A stretch of 64,000 nt of DNA from Macrostomum lignano (GCA_002269645.1 NIVC01000621.1:310001-374000), one strand, 5' to 3'; shown: positions 9,457-23,234, counted from the first letter of the stretch. Notes: generated by a model not told the origin, from the letters alone. Numbers and translations are program-made.

Positions 9457-12256
9457 TCATCTCAAGCTGACGTAGACGGTCTTTTGTCCCAACTCTTCAG
9501 CGGAGTCACAGGTGTGAGCGTTGAGCAGCGTCTTCAGCTCGGCGTCGCGGTAGAGGCGAACCTCTTGACCCGATTCGATAAGATTAAAGAGAACCTCCAC
9601 CTGCGGGGCCGGATTTGAGTACATTTGGAAATAGATTGTGCATATTTGGAAGGGGATTGTGTGTATTTGGTATGGGATTGTGTACATTTGGAATGGGATT
9701 GTGTACATTTGGAATGGGATTGTGTGTATTTGGTATGTGATTGTGTACATTTGGAAATAGATTGTGCATATTTGGAAGGGGATTGTGTGTATTTGGTATG
9801 GGATTGTGTGTATTTGGTATGGGATTGTGTACATTTGGAATGGGATTGTGCATATTTGGAAGGGGATTGTGTGTATTTGGTATGGGATTGTGTACATTTG
9901 GAATGGGATTGTGTACATTTGGAATGGGATTGTGTGTATTTGGAATGGGATTGTGTACATTTGGAATGGGATTGTGTGTATTTGGAATGGGATTGTGTAC
10001 ATTTGGAATGGGATTGTGTACATTTGGAATGGGATTGTGTGTATTTGGTATGGGATTGTGTACATTTGGAATGGGATTGTGTGTATTTGGAATGGGATTG
10101 TGTGTATTTGGTATGGGATTGTGTGTATTTGGTATGGGATTGTGTACATTTGGAATGGGATTGTGTGTATTTGGTATGGGATTGTGTGTATTTGGTATGT
10201 GATTGTGTACATTTGGAATGGGATTGCGTGTATTTGGTATGGGATTGTGTGTATTTGGTATGGGATTGTGTACATTTGGAATGGGATTGTGTGTATTTGG
10301 AAGGGGATTGTGTGTATTTGGAAGGGGATTGTGTGTATTTGGTATGGGATTGTGTGTATTTGGTATGGGATTGTGTACATTTGGAAATAGATTGTGCATA
10401 TTTGGAAGGGGATTGTGTGTATTTGGTATGGGATTGTGTACATTTGGAATGGGATTGTGTGTATTTGGAAGGGGATTGTGTGTATTTGGTATGGGATTGT
10501 GTACATTTGGAATGGGATTGTGTGTATTTGGTATGGGATTGTGTGTATTTGGTATGGGATTGTGTACATTTGGAATGGGATTGTGTGTATTTGGAAGGGG
10601 ATTGTGTGTATTTGGTATGGGATTGTGTACATTTGGAATGGGATTGTGTGTATTTGGAATGGGATTGCGTGTATTTGGTATGGGATTGTGTGTATTTGGT
10701 ATGGGATTGTGTACATTTGGAATGGGATTGTGTGTATTTGGAAGGGGATTGTGTGTATTTGGTATGGGATTGTGTACATTTGGAATGGGATTGTGTGTAT
10801 TTGGAATGGGATTGTGTGTATTTGGAAGGGGATTGTGTATATTTGGTATGGGATTGTGTATATTTGGTAGGGGATTGTGTATATTTGGTATGGGATTGTG
10901 TAAGTTCGGAATGGGATTATGTATATTTTGGATTGGATTGTTTACAATTGGAATGGTTTGCGTACATTTATGTACAATACTTAGAGATTGTACATGTAAA
11001 TGTACACTTAGTGTCTGAGTTATAGATGTACTTTATGAGAGGTGAAATGCACTTTAAGCACCTCTTTCAACAGCCGGTTCATGCTGATCAGAGACCCATC
11101 AGCAGGATTGCGCAGTTTCAACACGCGCTCCTCTTGTCCGAAGCGCAGACGAACTTCATCTTTGCTTCCAGCAGACGATGACGGAATTTTGCCAGACTGC
11201 TTCTGCTGTTGTTGGGCAGAATTGTCACCAGAAGCCGTAGAAAATACCCAAAGATCCAGGGAGCCGGAGTCCTTGATCTTGCACTGCTCGTGCGCCATCG
11301 CCTGCTGCAGGTTGACCTGGAAGGCAATTTTTTGGAAGTCAAACAAATTAACTTTCGATACATATCGCCAGTAGAATATTTAGGTAGTCAAGAGTCTTTC
11401 AATATCACATTTCCTGCACTAAAGCTCCAATTTGGCGCCACAAATGAGACTATGGCGCTAACTGAGCGCAACAAATGAGACTTTGGCGCTAATTGAGCGC
11501 CACAAATGAGACTTTGGAGCCAACTGAGCGCCAAAAATGAGACTATGGCGCCAATGGAGCGCCACAAATGAGACTTTGGCGCTAATTGAGCGCTACAGAG
11601 GACACTTTAGCGCCAGTTTAGCACCACAAAAGAAAACCTTGCGCGAAGTTAGCGCCACAGATCTAACTTTAGCGCCAAACTAGCGTCACACACAAGATTT
11701 TAACGCCAATTTAGCGCTACAGATGAAACTTCAGCGCTAATTTAGCACCGCAGTCAGAAAAGATGACCACCCATTTTACTAGAGAATGCAATTGACAGGT
11801 TCTTCCTTATCTGTCTAAAACTTGTGATGACATTTCTATATATCGTAGAGATACCTGACCAGCCTCCTCGAGCGCCACCAACGGCTGTCGCACAGTGTCG
11901 TAGATGAACTCGGCGTACTCGCGCACAACTCCGCTCAAGCCGCCGTCGCCGTCGGCGCGATAGAAAATTTTAATCGGATCGCTGGGCTGCAGGCCGGCAC
12001 GCTTGCGCAGCTTCTGCACCCGGTTCACCACCTCGCGGGCCAGGCCCTCCCGCTGCATGCTCGCGTCTGGGGTGATGTCCAGCAGCACTAGCAGGTTCAG
12101 CGACTGGTCCACGTGGCAGTCCAAGCTGCTGCCGCCGCCGGAGCCGCCGCTGTCGTCGCTGTCAGCTCGGAGGGAGACTGACATCTCGGCTGGGGATTGG
12201 GGATGTCAGGGCTAAGTGTCTGTCGGTCTGTCTGTCTGTCTGCGTGTCTGTCTTCC

Positions 12257-12288
<32 letters not shown>

Positions 12289-12320
12289 GGTCTGTCTGTC
12301 TGTCTGCGTGTCTGTCTTCC

Positions 12321-12377
<57 letters not shown>

Positions 12378-12380
12378 TCC

Positions 12381-12423
<43 letters not shown>

Positions 12424-12496
12424 ATTCCTGTCTGTCTGTCTGTCTGCCTGACTGTCTGTCTGCCTGTCTGCGTGTCTGTCTGTCTGTCTGACTGCC

Positions 12497-12535
<39 letters not shown>

Positions 12536-15500
12536 CTGTCTGTCTGCCTTTCTGTTTCTCTACTCACCGGCCTCGATCACGTGACCGCCCGGCAGTTCCA
12601 GCCGTCCAGTCCGCTGGAATTCCTCAAGCGCGGCGGCCGGCAGGGCGCGCAGGTTCTCCTGAATCTGCTTGTAGGCGCCGCGGAACTTGGCGCCCAGCAG
12701 CTTGTGATTTGGCTCGGCCCGGAGGCTCACCTTGTAGGCCTCCTTATCCTTGGTGACCAACAGCTGGCGAACGTTGAGCTCCTTGCGATTTTAAACAAGT
12801 TGAAGAAATTTGTGATCACTATGACCAAAACTCTATGATCACAATGACTAAAACTCAATGACCACAATGACTAAAACTCTATGACCACTATGACTAAAAC
12901 TCTATGACCACTATGACTAAAACTCTATGACCACTATGACTAAAGCGCGCGAAGGCGTATTCAGCATGCCAGTGAAGTATGAGACAGACTAGGCCCATGG
13001 GCTAAGGTCTGCGATGCTTCACGCCTGCCCCTATCTTCAGCAGGTCAAGGCTGGTGGGAGGTCTGCACCCTCTATTTGCCTCTGGCAGCCGCAGACCCCC
13101 CCCAGGCTGTCTCGCAAGTCGACCCAGGGTACTCGTCCCCGCGTGTGTTCAAGGCAGTCCCTAGGGCTGCTGGACAGACTGGGCTCCGGCGCTGGCGACC
13201 CTATCCAGTGGCTTCGGCCGAATTTGGGTATGCGGGTCTGGCTCGCCAACCTGCAGGCCGTGGTACTGCTTAACGTACTCTCTAATGCCTAAGGTGTTGA
13301 CCGTGCCGATGGGCTGGAAGGCCGGGGAGTAGTCCGGTCGCAAGCGGTCCCCCTCCTGGTGTCGGGCCAGCCTTGAGGGTGCTATTGGCCTACTGCCCGG
13401 TCAGGTGGAGCGGCCGGGTGGGTACCGCGCCCCTTTGAGGGTAGCCCACCAACCTTTTATCATGGCCTTCGAGCCGACTATGGATAAACAAGCTATTTCT
13501 AGGGACGGGGACCCTTCTAAACCCCAACCTCAGTCCGAAGGACCGGCCGGCCCTGCTGGCAGATCCCAACCGACTGATTCAACTGTGGCAAAGGAAGGAC
13601 CGGCTGGCTCTGCTGGCAGATCCGACCAGAGCTACCAAACTCAAAATACCCTAAGACCTGCCAGCTCCGCTGGTGGATCTAAGGGAACCGCGAGCTCTGA
13701 GCCTAAAGGACCGGCCAAATCTGGCAGATCCGATGAAGCTCAGCGGGCTCGGCTTGAGCGCAAACGCGCTAAACAACGCGCCAAAAGGCAGGCCAAGAAG
13801 GGAGCTGCGGGGGCCAAAGCGGCGGGCGGCGTCCACCATGAATGCTGAAGCGACTGGAGTCCCAAGGCAACCAGGCGGGCCGGCCGGTGGAAGCTCCAGT
13901 AGTTCAGCGGCGGCGCTCCCTGGAGCTGCTGCCGCGGCTGCTGAGGCCGAAACCACGGCGCAACAAATGGCCACTGCCAACAAGGAGGTTCCTTCGGGAG
14001 CTACCTTTGCGGCGAAGGCCAAGGCCAAAATCCCGGGAGTGATCATCCAAGGTCGCGACCAGGACTGGACCACTGATCAGCTTCAAAAAGTGTGGAGTGC
14101 TGTTGACTCCTATCTGATTGAGCTGACTGTCGAGGAGGGAATCTCCATCGGCGTTGAGCGGATGGTGCTGCGAAGCACATTCGTTCTTATTGCTCCTAGC
14201 AGCGAGGAGGACGCTCGGCGGCTGCTCCAGCGGCTACCGACGGTCTCCTTGGATGCTGACCTTGGCGGAGCTCTTTTTCTTCGCGAGGGCCAGCGTCCAA
14301 AGACGATACCCTATGTGGTTTTCGTCCCTGCTAAGAGCACCGCAGCTGGACCAGACGTTATTTGCCGGGTCCTACTGCGTCTGAACCCCGACCTCCCTGC
14401 TAGTGGACTGGTGTATCACCGTAAAGTCCGCAGGGGGGAGACGGGCAACTCAATTGTCCTCGGCCTTTCCAGCACTTGGGCGAGTCGGTACCCTAATGGA
14501 TCCTCTTTCCAGCTGGGTGCCCTCAAGCTCAAGTTGCGCCGATGAAAGTCTGCCAAAGGGAAGGCTACTGCCAACCCCGGCATCTCCGGCAAGAGCGGGG
14601 CGCAGTCTAAGGCCCAAGGAAAGGCGCAAGCCGATCCCAAAGCCAAAGCTGCATCTCGCCCCTCTGCTAGCAGCAGTTCGGCGACCGCGGTAACGGCTCC
14701 GGCCGAGCCCCGGGAACCAAACCTGCCAGTCGGAGAAGGAGTTGAGGACGAGGCCGGGTCTTCGGAATCCGAGCTCTCCTCGGCCACCTTGGTGGGGTCT
14801 GAAGGTAAAGATGCAGGTGAGGAAGCTTCCTCCATCCTGTCATCGGAGCCTGAGGACTCTGCTGGGGGGCCGGTGGGGGTGAGGAGGCCATGGACGTCGA
14901 CCAACTCCCATCTCCCAGTCAAGCCCCAGCGGCCTGGGACGAGGACGATCTGTTGTCCAAGTCTCCTTGATGGCCCTGGGCTCTAGCCAGATATTGCATT
15001 TAATACAGTATGACTAAGCTCCACGCTGCCAAAGGAGCGACATTCTGTCTGCAAATAAATTTACAGCATTGCGTATCTGCGTCAGTAAATCTGATGAAGA
15101 TTGCTGAGCTGTACAGGCCAGGCCTCATCCTGATCCAGGAACCCTGGATGCGCAACGGTAAGTTGCCCAACATTCCCTCTGGCTACTCTGATTTTTATGT
15201 GTGTGGCCCGGGGAACAGCCGCCCTAGAGCGGCTATCCTCGCTGCTAGCCATCTCCAGGCTTGGCTGAGGACTGATCTCTCTGATGGAGACCTTTGCGTC
15301 ATCCAATCTAATCATTTCTCTCCGCGTACGTGTCTTGTTGCCTCGGTTTATATCCCAGGCGACAGAGACCCTGCTCCCGAGAGTTTACTGCGCCTTGCGC
15401 AGTACTGCGAGTTCCAGAACGCTGAGCTGTGCTTAGGGGGCGACCTCAACGCGCACCACAAGCACTGGGGCAGCAAAGATACCAACACTAGAGGAGAGGA

Positions 15501-18500
15501 GCTTCTGGCCCTCATCTCTAACACAAACCTCATGCTCTGCAACCGCGGCAGCACTCCTACCTTTAATAATGGCAGATGGACCGAGGTCCTCGACGCCACA
15601 CTCGTTACCCCAAGACTCTTTGACAGAGTCAAGGAGTGGAGAGTCTGGTCTGAGGAGCCCTCCCTGTCTGACCACTGCTTTATCGCCTTTAATATCGCGG
15701 ACACTAAAACCCAGTCTCCGATCACTTGGAGACGCAATATCCGCAACACTGATTGGGCGGCCTACAAGGCTGCCCTTGATCTGCACCTGCAGGAACTCAC
15801 GGACTTACGTCCGATTGAGACCTGCGAGGATGTGGATCATATGGCTGAGACGCTGACAGGTTGCATTATTGCAGCCTACGAAGCGGCTTGTCCTGCTCGC
15901 GCCTACAGAGGCAAGACCTCGGCGCCGTGGTGGAACCCGGAGCTGGGGAAACTCAGGCGGAAGGCCAAAAGCCTTCATCGCCGTGCCATGAAGACCGGAA
16001 ACCCGGAGGACATGGAGCTTTTCCGGCAAGCCTCCCGCAATTTCAAATCTGAAGTGCGCAAGGCCAAGGAATGTAAGTGGCGCCAATTCTGCAATGAATT
16101 GGATCAAGACAGACCTACTTCTAGGCTTGTCAAGGCCCTTACAATGGACAAAATGTCCAAATTAGCCATGATCAAAAAAGATGATGGCTCTCTTACTAAA
16201 GACCCTGAAGAAGTGCTTCAGCATATGCTTAGCACATTCTTCCCGAGGGTACCTACTGCTAGACCGGAGCCCAACCATTCGATGGATGGAGCCACCCTAG
16301 CGGCGGGCATTGTCACTGAAGACCTAATCGCTCGTGCGGTCAGAACCTTCAAACCCTTCAAATCTCCTGGACCTGATGGTATCTACCCTGTTCTCCTTCG
16401 TGAAGCAGCCAAGATACCCTCGTTCCTGAGACTCACCCGCAATCTTATGCGGGCCTCTATCCAGCTGGGATACGTTCCCAAAAGCTGGACTGAAGCTCGA
16501 GTAGTCTTTATTCCCAAACCTGGGAAGGGTGACTACCAAAGCGTCAAGGCCTTCCGGCCAATTAGCTTAACGTCAGCAATGCTTAAGCTCACTGAGAGGC
16601 TTATTCTCTGGCGGCTGCTCTCCTGCGAGCTGACAGCGATGCCCCTCAGCAATAATCAGCACGCCTTCCGTACCGGGAGGTCGACTGACAGCGCCCTGCA
16701 TGCGATTGTCGAAAAGATTGAACGGGCGGTACTGGGTGACGGTTACGCCCTGGCTCTCTTTCTTGACATTGTTGGCGCCTTCGACAACGTTATCTTTGAA
16801 GCGTTTCAGAGGGCCCTTCAAAATCGCAAAGCTCATGCTACCCTCATACGGTGGATCATGTACATGATCTCCAACCGTACGGTCACTGCCCAACTTCTTG
16901 GGCAAACTGCCTCCACCAGAGTCTGTAAGGGTGGACCCCAAGGCGGAGTCCTCACCCCGACGCTCTGGAACCTGGTCATGGACGCTCTTCTGAGTGACTC
17001 CCGACCTGACCCCGTCTTCAAAGTCGGGTATGCTGATGACGTCACGGCCATTGTGGCAGGACCGTCTCCCAGCACGCTCAGGGATCTGATGCAGAGCTTT
17101 ATCCGCAAAGCAGAATCCTGGGCCAATGACAATGGTTTGGAACTCTCTGAGCCCAAAACCGTTGCCATTATGTTTACCAGCAGACTACGCTGGAACATAC
17201 GTCCTCTGCAGCTCTACGGCAGAGATATTGCCTTCGCGCACCAGACCAGATGTCTCGGGGTCACACTTGACCACCGGCTCAACTGGTCCTTCCACGTGAA
17301 AGCAAAAGCTAAGCGTGCCTCAGCCATCCTGGCCCAGCTCCGACGAGCACTTGGCACTTCTTGGGGTCTATCCCCAAAGCGGCTTTGGTGGATCTATACT
17401 TCCGTAGTTAGACCTGCCATTACGTACGCCTCTGTTGTCTGGGTTAGCGCTACCCAGGTCAAAAGCCATGCAGACCTGCTCAACACGATCCAAGGCAGAG
17501 CGTGTAGGCTCATCTGCAACGCCACCAGGTCCACGCCCTTTGCTGGCATGGGGGCCTTTCTTAATCTTCCGCCTCTTGACCTCTTCATCAGGGGTGAGGC
17601 GGCTAGAACGACGCGGCGTCTAATTGATGCCGGCGTCAAATTCATTTACATGAGAGCACCTGCTAAGCGGAACCTTGTCCCGCATAGCGATCTGTGCCTC
17701 AACTTTCTCAACGAGTGTCAGGCCAATCGCGTCTTCACCGATGGCATTGCCTCAACGCTCAACCTGAGACAGCGCTACTCCGTAGCTATCGACTCGCGCG
17801 ATAACATCAATGACCATTGGAACCCTGGTGAGCTTCATTGCTACACCGACGGTTCTAAGCAGTCAGCCAACACCGGCTTTGGTGTTGGAATCTTTCTGAA
17901 CGGGAGGGTCATCGCTACCCACGCTCAATACACTGGGGTCAACTCCAGTGTTTTCCAAAATGAAGTTCTGGCCATCAGCTCCTGCACTGCAGAGCTTCTC
18001 GCCACTGGCGTTACTGGTAAGAACATCATTTTCCATTCGGACAGCCAAGCTGCCTTGCACGCCATCAGTGGCTGCAGCACCAACTCTGCTACAGTCCTTG
18101 ACTGTATCAAACTCCTCAATATGTTGGGTTCCGCCAACAAAATTACCCTTAAGTGGGTTCCGGGGCATGTGGGGATCCGAGGAAATGAGTTGGCTGACAC
18201 CCTTGCAAAAGTTGGTGCCTCCGGCTCCTCTCTCGGCCCCGAACCTCTTGTCCCGATTCCTGGCTGTGTCATCGACTCGCGCATCAAAGCGTGGATCAGG
18301 ACTCAGCACCGCTCGACTTGGGCGAACCGCACGAACTGCAGGCAATCCAGAGGCGCTGTCCCTCAGCCCTCTCACCAGCTCCGGAAGCTCCTCTTGCGCC
18401 TCTCGCGCAGAGACATCCGGGCTGCCACCATGACCCTCTCTGGTCATGGCTGCTTCTCCAGGCACCAGTACCTGCAGGGCAACGCCACCAACGCCACCTG

Positions 18501-21500
18501 TAGTTTCTGCAACTCAGGTGACGAAACCGCTGAGCATTTCGTCAGCATCTGTCCCGCCTTCACGCGGGCCAGACTCACTTACCTCGGGCCACACACATCT
18601 ATTACTGAAGCGTGTAAACCCGAAAACTTTAATCAGCTCATGCGCTACCTTCGGGCCACCCGCAGGGCTGAACTCTCCTTTCCAGAGAGCACCATAGCTG
18701 CTGGCGACACTGGGGGACCTCCCTGGGCGGCGCCAACCCTCCGTCCATAGCGACGCGTCGGCCGTTCAGGGACTAGCGGAATGGGCGCCCGCGCCTTCCC
18801 GCTGTGTCCCCTCCGGGACAGCCCTGCAGCTAAGTAAGTAAGTAAGTACTATGACTAAAACTCTATGACCACAATGACTAAAACTCTATGACCACAATTA
18901 CTACACATATATGACCACAATGACTAAAACTCTACGACTACTATGACTACAACTCTATTATGAGCAGACATCACCTCCAGTATGTAGGACTCCATAGACT
19001 GCACAGCCTGCAGCACTCGGTCATCGTTGTGCACCACGATCACCCGGCTAAGCGGGTACTTAATCGGTAAGGTGTTCCGGTCGCGCACGATACGACCAGA
19101 CGAGATGACGGACTGCATGTGAGAAACGCAAAATTCAATCTCATCGTCAATAGCGGACTCGCTGAAAATTAGAATTAACAAATCATGCATGTAGAGTATT
19201 AAGGATCAGAATCTATTGTTACATCAAAAATACAGAAACTTAAAAATATAAGGTATGGGTTTAGAAACTACAGAATCGAATCTGCAGATTACCAACATTG
19301 GGGATCAGGAACTAAACGATTTGAATCACAAAATTGGGGATCAGTAACTAAGGGATTCGAATCCTAAAGTTGGGGATCAGGGGTCAAAGAATCAAATCGC
19401 CAAATTGGGGATCAGGAGTCAAAGAAGCAAATCCCCAAATTAGGGATCAAGAGTCAAAGAAACAAATCCCAAAATTGGGGATCAGGAGTCAAAGAATCAA
19501 ATCCCGAAATTGGGGATCAGGAGTCAAAGAATCAAATCCCAAAATTGGGGATCAGGAGTCAAAGAATCAAATCCCTAAATTGGGGATCAGGAGTCAAAGA
19601 ATCAAATCCCAAAATTGGGGATCAGGAGTCAAAGAATCAACTCCCAAAATTGGGGATCAGGAGTCAAAGAATCAACTCCCTAAATTGAGGATCTGGAGTC
19701 AAAGAATCAAATCCCAAAATTGGGGATCAGGAGTCAAAGAATCAAATCCCAAAATTGGGGATCAGGAGTCAAAGAATCAAATCCCAAAATTGGGGATCAT
19801 AAGCCAAAGAATCAAATCCCAAAATTGGGGATCAGGAGTCAAAGAATCAAATCCCAAAGTTGGGGATCATGAGTCAAAGAATCAAATCCCAAAATTGGGG
19901 ATCAGGAGTCAAAGAATCAACTCCCAAAATTGGGGATCAGGAGTCAAAGAATCAAATCCCGAAATTAGGGATCAAGAGTCAAAGAAACAAATTCCTAAAT
20001 TGGGGAACAGGAGTCAAAGAATCAAATCCCAAAATTGGGGATCATGAGTCAAAGAATCAAATCCCAAAATTGGGGATCAGGAGTCAAAGAATCAAATCCC
20101 AAAATTGGGGATCAGGAGTCAAAGAATCAAATCCCTAAATTGGGGATCAGGAGTCAAAGAATCAACTCCCAAAATTGGGGATCAGGAGTCAAAGAATCAA
20201 ATCCCAAAATTGGGGATCAGGAGTCAAAGAATCAACTCCCTAAATTGAGGATCTGGAGCAAAGAATCAAATCCCAAAATTGGGGATCAGGAGTCAAAGAA
20301 TCAAATCCCAAAGTTGGGGATCAGGAGTCAAAGAATCAAATCCCGAAATTGGGGATCAGGAGTCAAAGAATCAAATCCCAAAATTGGGGATCAGGAGTCA
20401 AAGAATCAAATCCCAAAATTGGGGATCAGGAGTCAAAGAATCAACTCCCTAAATTGAGGATCTGGAGCAAAGAATCAAATCCCAAAAGTTGGGGATGGTA
20501 CTAGCTCTGACTTTAAATCCCAATCTTAATAACCATAACAAGTCATGATCCCAGGAGCAGAGTTTACTCACTCGGCGCAGGGCAGCGCTAGGAAGTGCAC
20601 ACTGGCGGCCTCTTCATCTGGCTGCTTGTCCAAGAAGGTGATCAATCGCTGGTAGAAGAACTCGGCAGTGAATGGGACAAACGGAGCGAGCAGACAGGAC
20701 AGCTCGAACAGCACGTAGAACAGCGAGTTCAATGCCGCAGGCTCCGCGTCGCGCAGTCGCTTCCGATTCATTCGAATGTACCAGTTGGTCAGGTTGTCCA
20801 CAAACGACACGAGCCGCGGCAGTACCGTGTACAGCCTGTAGGCGGCCATCTCTTCGCGTACGTAACGAACCACGGACTGCGAATAGGACAGGATCCACTT
20901 ATCCATGACGTTGTCGGAGTCCGGGTGACCGCCGCCGCCGGCGCCTGCGACGCTGCCAGGTTGTTTGAAGTCGGCCCGACTGCCGGCGCATTGGTCGAAG
21001 AATCTCAACGAATTGTACAGCGGCAGGAAGACGTCCTTGACAACGTCCTTGACGCCGGACTCGTTGAATCGGAGATTCTCGGCGCGAACAACTGGGGAAT
21101 TGATGAGGTAGAGGCGGAGAGCGTCCGCGCCGTGCGACTCCACCACTTTCATTGGGTCGGGGTAGTTCTTCTTGCGCTTCGACATCTTCTGACCGTCGGA
21201 GGCTGCGGAAAATGTCGGAGTCGAGTGGGCATGATTGTTAGGTAGGGCTTTAGTCAAAAACTAATGGAACTGTTGAAACCTCTTAGACTGAAGCTGGCTG
21301 CTGGGACACTGGGATAAGACGAAAACTCGGACAAGGACAGAACTAAAAACGGGGACTCAAACTGGGACTAAAACGGGGACTCAAACGGGACTCAAACTGG
21401 GACTATAACGGGGACTCAAACTGGGATTAAAACGGGGACTCAAACTGGGACTAAAAACAGGACTCAAACTGGGACTAAAAACAGGACTCAAACTGAGACT

Positions 21501-22348
21501 GAAACAATACTCAAAAAGGGCCTTAAACGGGGACTCAAACTGGGACTAAAACGGGGACTCAAACTGGGACTAAAACCGGGACTCAAACTGGGACTAAAAC
21601 CGGGACTCAAACTGGGACTAAAAACAGGACTCAAACTGGGACTAAAAACAGGACTCAAACTGAGACTGAAACAAGACTCAAAAAGGGCCTTAAACGGGAC
21701 TCAAACTGGGACTTGAAACGGGACTCAAACGGGACTCCAACTGGGACTTGAAACGGGACTCAAACAGGGACTCAAACTTGGACCAAGACTGGACTTAAAT
21801 TAAGACTGAAACAAGACTCAAAAAGGGCCTAAAACAGGACTCGAACTGGGACTCAAATCGCGATTCAACATGGGACTAAAAATGGGACTCAAACTGGGAC
21901 TAAATACGGGACTCAAACTGAAACAAAAAAACGCTGGCTCATTCCATTACCCAGCACGATTCCATTGACAATCAGATTGCGAAACGGCGGCTTGCCGAAC
22001 AGGGCAGTGGAGATGACCAGCAGAGTGTAGAACCAGCCCCTGGTCTGGTCGATACCCTCGGCAATGAAGTCGGCCGGGAACGCGTCTTCGAAGTCCTTAG
22101 CCCGCTCGAACGGGTAGTGGCTCTGGGCGTAGGGCATGCTGCCGGACTCGAACCAGCAGTCGAACACTTCCGGGATGCGACGGAGCGGGCCTTTGCCCAG
22201 CTTGGACGGAATCTCGATGTTGTCTACGCTCTCTCGGTGCAGGTCCGTCACTCGGACGCCGGACAGCTCAGCCAGCTGGTCAATGGAGCCGACGCAGACC
22301 ACCTGAGGAGGGGACAGTTGTTAACTATTCTAGCCTGTCTGTCTGTCC

Positions 22349-22384
<36 letters not shown>

Positions 22385-22385
22385 A

Positions 22386-22444
<59 letters not shown>

Positions 22445-22465
22445 GTCTGTCTGTCTGTCTGTCTA

Positions 22466-22525
<60 letters not shown>

Positions 22526-22912
22526 CCTGCCTATCTGTCTGTGCATCTTAGTGTCTGCCCGCCTTTGTGTCTGTGTATCGGCATGCTTGTGTCTTAGTGT
22601 CTGTGGGTCTGCGTCATTATTATTTCATCATTTCTCTGTATTTCCACCGCAACAGTGACAAACCTCTTCGCCGTCCTCGCTAACCCACAGCGGCATGGGG
22701 GTGCCCCAGTAGCGGTTTCGAGAGATGGCCCAGTCGCGTGCACCAGCGAGCCAATTAGCGAATCGCTTTTCCTGAACATATTTCGGCACCTGCGGTTGGG
22801 TGATGACAATAGAGAGCTTTTGATAATTCAGCAATAAAAAATTACACTAGCGCTCTCACTGGACTGATATAAAAGTACATAGAGCATACACATATTGACG
22901 GACAGACAGATG

Positions 22913-22974
<62 letters not shown>

Positions 22975-23183
22975 CAGACAGACGCAGGCAGACAGACAAA
23001 CAGACAGACAGAAAGACAGACAGACAGACAGTCAGACAGACAGACAGACAAACAGACAGACGGAGGCAGGCAGGCAGACAGACAGACAGACAGACGCAGG
23101 CAGGCAGGCAGACAGACAAACAGACAGACAGAAAGACAGACAGACAGACAGTCAGACAGACAGACAGACAGACGCAGGCAGGC

Positions 23184-23234
<51 letters not shown>

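Larger units (their letters stand above)
12945..18848 (+). mobile_element. Full-length non-LTR retrotransposon, R1 group (Loa/Lian-like, with RNase H), antisense in IARS1 intron 6
   Basis: ~500-nt 5'UTR, disrupted ORF1, intact ORF2, (TAAG)n tail at 18831-18848; flanking duplication ACTATGACTAAA at 12933-12944 and 18848-18859 (length ambiguous because it lies in a tandem repeat). Confidence 0.93.

Noticed and set aside
9457-11025. Long ORFs in several frames over the 21-bp array (also 24276-25714, 19370-20457, 7706-9055, 12097-12756, 22842-23261, 52354-52893, 80-553, 56536-56862, 59647-60117)
   Set aside because: These are stop-free translations of tandem or low-complexity repeats lying in introns or intergenic DNA.
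12812-12944. ACTATGACT in the intron-6 repeat matches the 28S AACTATGACTCTC motif near the R2 site
   Set aside because: A 9-mer match is expected by chance, and the RNase H-bearing APE element is not R2.
19295-20495. CRISPR-like appearance of the 32-35-bp repeats
   Set aside because: Units are head-to-tail without unique spacers, there are no cas genes, and the context is a eukaryotic intron.
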